From Octopus vulgaris (taxonomy: Eukaryota), in NCBI GenBank assembly GCA_951406725.2, contig OX597818.1, forward strand, positions 101,494,001 to 101,558,000: DNA of 64,000 bases, read 5' to 3'. Positions 57,621 through 64,000 of the stretch are shown here, piece after piece. Under the pieces are notes generated by a model, which saw nothing but the letters and a program-made list of their open reading frames with translations, made no database searches and was not told the origin of the DNA. The translations under genes were made by a program, and so were the position numbers. How positions within the stretch are numbered: the first letter of the stretch is position 1; each line of letters opens with the position of its first letter.

Positions 57621-59827
57621 CAAATGAAACAACAAAACCAGAAAACTACAGACCAATAACCTGCCTCCCTACTATGTTCAAGGCATTTACTGCAGTGATA
57701 TCGCAAAGGCTGAACAAGCACCTGGACGAAAACAAACTGTTCCCAGGAGAGCAGAAAGGATGCCGCAAGGGCTCATATGGCTGTAAAGATCAACTAATGA
57801 TTAATAAAGCCGTAACTGAAGACAGCCACAGAAAGAAGAAAGGCCTCAGTATGGCCTGGATTGACTACAAAAAGGCGTTTGATAGCATCCCCCACACATG
57901 GATCCTCGAAACACTAACCATTAACAAAGTAGCACCAACAATCATAAAATTCATAGAGCACTCTATGAATAAATGGCAAACAGTCCTACACCTCCAAAAA
58001 AAAGAGGGACTCATGAAAACCAAAGACATCCCCATTAGAAGAGGAATATTCCAGGGAGACACGCTCTCTCCACTCCTTTTCTGCTTGGCACTGTCACCTC
58101 TATCTGATATGCTAAATAGAACTGGATGCGGATATAAATGTTACGGCAAAACGATCAGCCACCTTTTATATATGGATAACCTAAAACTATACGCTGCAAA
58201 TGACAAACAGCTGGAAACACTATTAAAGACAGTTCATGGATTTACCAAAGAAATATATATGAAATTTGGATTAGAAAAATGCGCCAAAGTAACCATGAAA
58301 AGAGGAAAACTAGTTAAGAGTAACAACATCACACTAGATAAAACCAATGAAATAAAAGAATTAGACCAAAGCCAAACTTACAAATACTTAGGAATCCATG
58401 AACTAGATAAGACACAACACACACAAATGAAAGAGAAAATAAAAAAAAAATATTATAGACGAGTTAGATCAATACTAAAAACAGAGCTCAATGCTAAAAA
58501 CAAGATAATAGGTATCAACACTTTAGCTGTCCCAGTTATAAGTTACAGCTACAATATCCTTAATTGGACACGAAATGAACTGCCCAAAATAGATAGGAGA
58601 ACAAGAAAAATACTGACAGGATCTAGGATGCATCACCCAAAATCTGACATAGAAAGACTATATATACAATGTATAGAAGGTAGTAGAGGCCTTATACAGC
58701 TGGAAAACTACTATAAAATAACCACCATAGGACTGCAAAAATACCTACTTCAGAAGGAAGGAAAACTGATCCAGATAGCAGCAAAACACGAGCAAAACAA
58801 AAAACTGTTCTCAGTATTTAAGGAAGCTGACAAATACAAACAAAAAATCATACCACCTAATAAACACAAAGAAGAAGAAGAAGATGATGAAGAAACAACA
58901 AAAGCTATAAAACAAATGAAATCCAAACTAAAAATAGAACAGCAACGAGCCATGATAAAACGATGGCAAGAAAAGCCCCTTCATGGTAAATACTGCACTA
59001 AACTAAACGCAAAAGAAATAGACAAAGAAAAATCCCAGCAATGGTTGAGAAGCTCAGGATTCAAAGCAGAAACAGAGGGATTTTTAATTTTAGCACAAGA
59101 CCAAAGCCTCCCCACCAGAAATTACCAAAAACATGTAATGAAAAGAAATATTACAAGTAACTGCAGAATATGTGGAGATGGACAAGAAACAATAAATCAT
59201 ATTATCTCTAGCTGCCCAGTCCTGGCTAAGAAGGAATATATTCACAGACATGACAGAGTTGGAACCTACATATATTGGAAGCTATGCCAACATTATGGAA
59301 TAACAACAGAAAAAAGATGGTATAGGCACACACCAGAAAAGGTCACAGAAAACGAGAAAGCAACCATACTATGGGATATGCCGATACACACAGATAGAGA
59401 ATTTAAGGCCAACAGACCAGATATAGTTGTCAGAGATCATGAAGAAAAAAATGCTTTCTAATTGATGTATCAATACCTGCAGATGACAACGTGTCTCTAA
59501 AAGAAATGGAGAAACTCTCAAAATACAAAGACCTGGAAATAGAGGTAACTAGAATGTGGAACCTGAAAACAGAAACAATTCCTATCGTAGTAGGTGCATT
59601 AGGCATGATAAAAAAATATTCAGACAAATACATAACAAAAACACCAGGACTTACAAACACATATAACATACAGAAAATTGCACTACTAGGCACTGCACAC
59701 ATCCTACGCAGAACACTTTCCATACAATAACCATCAGAGCATCACAACAAATCACCGCACATACCCAAGGCACACAGAGCTGCGCTCGGTAGTGTAGTGA
59801 AAGCACGCTATAAAAATAAAACTACTG
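57621..59827 (+). mobile_element. 5'-truncated Dong/R4-clade LINE (RT, CCHC, RLE), inactive, in (TAA)n
   Basis: NYRPITCL, EQKGC, WIDYKKAFDS, GIFQGDTLSP, YMDN (catalytic D>N), CRIC..H..C, RHD, NRPDIV; frameshift at ~59450. Confidence 0.93.
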
Positions 59828-59849
59828 AATAATAATAATAATAATAATA

Positions 59850-60503
59850 ATGACCTGATGCAGTACCATGCCCTGATGCAGTACCATGCCATGATGCAGT
59901 ACCATGCCCTGATGCAGTATAATGCCCTGATGCAGTACCATACCCTGATGCAGTACCATGCCCTGATGCAGTACCATGCCCTGATGCAGTAATAATGCCC
60001 TGATGCAATACCAGGCAGTGGTTCTCATGGCTTCTGATCTTAACTGATTGGAAGTGTTATCATGTACATTGTTTTGTATTGGTATAAAAGATGGGCTACA
60101 GCAAATATTCTGCTCAATACCACATATTTGCTTGTCAGTTGTTTGACCTTAACCAGTTGAGCATGTCCCTTAGTGGCTGACGATATGTGCATCTCTGATC
60201 ACGAGCAGAAGTAGTGGGGGAGCATCATAGCCATGTGTTGAGAGGGATTCTTTGGGGTTTGAATAGTTCACCTCTGGAAACATGGGTGGTTCTTTCAACA
60301 TCCTTAAACAACCCTTATTCAGGGACCTTTTGAGCGGGATGGGCTACTCAACCTGAAGAAAATTCTAACTGGGCCCCGCCTGCAAGGTCATGTGCTGTTT
60401 ATCTTGATATGAGCTCATCATGACGGGTAGTCATGATGGGTATATTGGGCTTCGTATATTTTACACCAGTGTCACTTTGATGGCATGAACTGCTCTCTCA
60501 CTC
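59850..60503 (-). mobile_element. Second copy of the non-coding retroposon, with reiterated 18-bp terminus
   Basis: Nine starts of atgccctgatgcagtacc; the body matches 36900-37453. Confidence 0.7.
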
Positions 60504-61321
60504 AATAATAATAATAATAATAACAGCAACAACAACGAAAACAATAATAATAATAATAAAAATAATAATAATAGTAATAATCATAATCATAATAATAATA
60601 GCAACAACATCGTAAAAATACCTTAGGAATGTAAGGTCTTTCCCCAAGACACCTCATAAACGCTGGAGTGTATACCAGCCGAAACGTTGTGTTAACAACA
60701 ATCAATATGAGGACAATTATTCGCCAAATGTAAATGATATAAATACTGTACATTTCTGAACATATTGAAATAGAAACAAATGGTATGCAGAAGAGAGAAT
60801 CAATGAGAAAAAGAAATATGTTTACAGGTATTAAACTCATAGTTTTATAGTTCTCGGGTAAAATGGCGTTGTAGAATGTAACTTTCGAATGTAGAGAGGT
60901 AGAACAATTATCCGAAATGATTATATTCGACACTTCAGTGTCCTGGTGTTCGTACAGATCCAAATTATATTTTGCTGAACTCATTTTCATACAAGGAAAA
61001 AAAAATTCAAATCGGACCATGTTAGAACAAAAAATAATTTACATCAAAAAGGTGCTTTTTTTTCTATGAAAATCCCTATTTTGTACAAATTCTTGACTGC
61101 TGTGACGCCATTTTTCGATATATTTCAACCAGAAAAATGTTAATTTAAAGAGAATAACAAGTTAACTAATGCAAAAGTTTTACATTTCAAAAAGATTGAA
61201 ACTATGCCAAACCTTGGTTAACGCGACATCAAAGTCTGCCGTTTTAAGTGCAACTAAGAAACAAACCCGAGCAACGCCTGGCTATACTGCTAGTATTATA
61301 TATAAAAAAAGAAATACTCAC

Positions 61322-61336
61322 ATTAAGCTGTTATCG
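61322..61336 (-). CDS. Predicted 15-nt micro-exon (DNSL)
   Basis: Acceptor tttcattgtttttcttacag|, donor |gtgagt; phase-2 frame open. Confidence 0.62.
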
Positions 61337-61646
61337 CTGTAAGAAAAACAATGAAATTCCAGTATCAAATATAGTTGTATATCACATAATAATAATTTTT
61401 CTTAAAGTCACATCGCCTGTAAGGTTGGGGGAGGGACTAGTCATTTACATCGGCCTCTACTCCTCTGGTAGTTGTTTAATCGACCAAGAGAGAATAAAAA
61501 TTCAAATTCGATCTCTGGGGAATTTTAACCCGAAATGTTAAGACGAACGAAATGAGGTTAAGCAATTTGTCCTTCGCAGTAACGATTCAACCTGCTCATC
61601 GACGTATGTAACAAATATATCGTAAATAATATGACACTATACTTAC

Positions 61647-61658
61647 AGTAAGAAAAGC
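61647..61658 (-). CDS. Predicted 12-nt micro-exon (LFL); alternative acceptor gives 38 nt
   Basis: Donor |gtaagt; acceptors ccattactgtag| (12 nt) or ttaatctctctag| (38 nt). Confidence 0.42.
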
Positions 61659-62299
61659 CTACAGTAATGGCAATAATTCTAATGCTAGAGAGATTAAGAA
61701 TAATAACATAGCAGTGTCAATGATATTCTAATACTTTCTACTGTATTTACAATGCCTGAAATTTTGGGAGAGGTGTCTAGTCAATTTCATTGACCCTAAT
61801 ACTATACTGGTACTTATTTTATTAAATTCGAAAGGATGAATGGAAAGTCGACCACCGTAGAATTTAAACTGAGGTAGTAGAGCCGGACGGAATACTGCTA
61901 ACCTAAAATTACGTTTTGTGAACGAGTAATAGTTCACAAAAGGCGATACATGTGGTTTATATAAAAGAGCATATAAAAGCAGAGAAGCAACAACCGTATA
62001 TATGAACAATGAATAATTTGCCAAACCAAAACGAGACATACTCAGGGCTATCCGAAACAAGCCTAAAAAACCGCGGTGACACTCGGGCAAGTGTCCTTAC
62101 TTCATACTTATGTTACAATCCTCGTAACAGGCCCAAACCTTCGGACTATATTTTCAACATAAACACACGTTTCAACAAATTTGTAGATGTCACCTCTTAA
62201 TGTTCCATGCTCAATTTTCCATTTGAAATGGTAATTTGATACAATCATGAGATCTTGCCAAAATCTGTCCCTCGTCAGGAGTATTAATTTGGTACATTA

Positions 62300-63590
62300 G
62301 ACCCCGTTTTCGCCATTATACCGATAATCAAATCCTGTCTTTTCGAGCCAAAGGAAGGCTGCTAAACAATCTTGCCGAAGGACGCAGCCGATAACCGGAT
62401 CCGTTCTACACGGGACAGGTGTTCGACATAAATCTATAAGGCATCACGAGTACAAAACAAATTCGTCTTTCTGCTTAAATATCTGGCAAATCCGTTTGAC
62501 GGTCGGTACGTCTACCAGGACATTGATTTCTGGAAATTATACATCGACGTTAACCTGAAATTCCACCAGAAGGGACCAGCTAGCTAATTCTCGTCGGCGC
62601 CCGGGGTCTCCTCCACAACATTGTCGTTCTTGCCCGCCACTAAACATCTATAAAACACCAAAATGGAACTTATAATGTCCGTATTGCCCGACTGTTAGAC
62701 GACTGTATGCATTTAGTAACGGGCCTCAAACAGCAGTCTAAACTTGATCCAAAACTGCAAATAAAGAGGAAAAGCTAGGGAAAAGTGAGTGTAACAAATA
62801 GCGAAGGCATACCCGGTCTTCTATTTAGCGTATGTTGATAATAAATATAGATTCTGAGAAGTGAAAGGTGATATTTCCACAGAATTAAGAGAAATAGGCA
62901 CTTCAACTCGTTCAAAATTAGCCAAAGGGGACTATCGAGATCAACAAAACAGATTGCAATTTGTGCTATGTGTAGAAGGTGACGGTAAAAGTGGAAGAAT
63001 CTACCTATGATATCCTTATCTACTTGTCTGCCAATTATTTTATCTTCAAACTACTTAGGTAGCCCGATCAAGTTGTCACCATCGACGTCGGGGCATTCAA
63101 GAAATCAAGTCGGTACTTGTCAGAGACCTGAGGAGGTTGACTGAACCTATGCTGTTTTTGCAATTCCTTCATTATCAGCTATCTATACCCAAACGTACCT
63201 AAGAGATGGCATCGTCCCAGGGTATTTTCAGATGTCTGAAGAAAGTCGGCTGCCCCACTCACGTCAAAGCATAAACAGGTACTAGATTGCTGGAACCCTC
63301 TCCGTTACTGCTCAAATCCAGAAATACCAGCCTACCTCTTGTTGGCAAGAAATTGATCTGTTCCATGAGATCTATACTTTCCAACATTCAGCGCCTCTTC
63401 TCAATCCCTGCAGACATGATGATATGGAGATCTTGCATCTGCTGCATACTGGCAGGAGGGCTTGTAAGTGCAATCAGATAGCTCTCTGGTAGCCATCATA
63501 TATATAGGTAGAGATTTGGGGTATTGAGCTTCCAAATCGACCTCGGGCCACGGGTACTGACAAAGATTAATAACAAAATGGACATGCATA
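62300..63590 (-). mobile_element. Highly degenerate L1/Tx1-like LINE relic
   Basis: YVEHLSRVERIRLSAASFGKIV*QPSF resembles an L1/Tx1 ORF2 C-terminus; many stops; boundaries uncertain. Confidence 0.4.
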
Positions 63591-64000
63591 TTAAGAGAGG
63601 AGGAGACAAGAAAAATGTTATTACCGTCTTCGGAGGAGCAGGTGTTTCCTCTCTTTGGCTATATGTGTATCTCTCCTTTAGAACTTAGTTATATATTTTG
63701 TTTTTGCTCTCATGGGACTCTTTCAATTCCCAGGGATATTCTATTTGCAGTTTGTTGCGCGTTACATTCTTAGTTAATATAATCTATATATGTTTACGGG
63801 TGTTAAGTGTAGGTCGGATTTGGTTCATTTAGATCATTTTGCTTATTATTTGCCATCCCTCATTAAGTCTCTGTTTATTGCTATTATTATATCTTCGGTT
63901 TCATCTTTGCATGATCATGAGCGCAACACTACTTAATCTCCTCCAATTGTTATACTGTTCAAGTATGAAGCTTGAAATGGGTCACATATAATGGCTGACG

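Noticed and set aside
62042-62062. 21-nt exon candidate (LVSDSP)
   Set aside because: Moderate splice sites next to a decayed LINE relic; not distinguishable from chance.

Overview
AT-rich animal genomic DNA, dense in microsatellites and transposons. The SINE families and (TA)n/(TAA)n load suggest a coleoid cephalopod such as Octopus (inference). Most ORFs in the supplied track are microsatellite artefacts. The real long ORFs are retrotransposons: a Penelope-like element (RT + GIY-YIG), a CR1/L2-type LINE and Dong/R4-type RLE LINEs inserted in (TAA)n. Reading splice signals by eye on the minus strand shows a gene or gene pair the ORF track misses. It is a chain of small symmetric exons (12-102 nt, multiples of 3, open in phase 2), resembling a micro-exon gene. 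It includes a signal-peptide exon (MRNIMFVLILSVSLI) and a 102-nt Thr/Glu-rich exon present in six intact copies within a ~19 kb tandem array built around a scrambled mariner relic. Penelope-type terminal repeats carry several type I hammerhead ribozymes; one predicted cleavage site coincides with an inverted-duplication boundary. All exon and ribozyme calls are sequence-only predictions.
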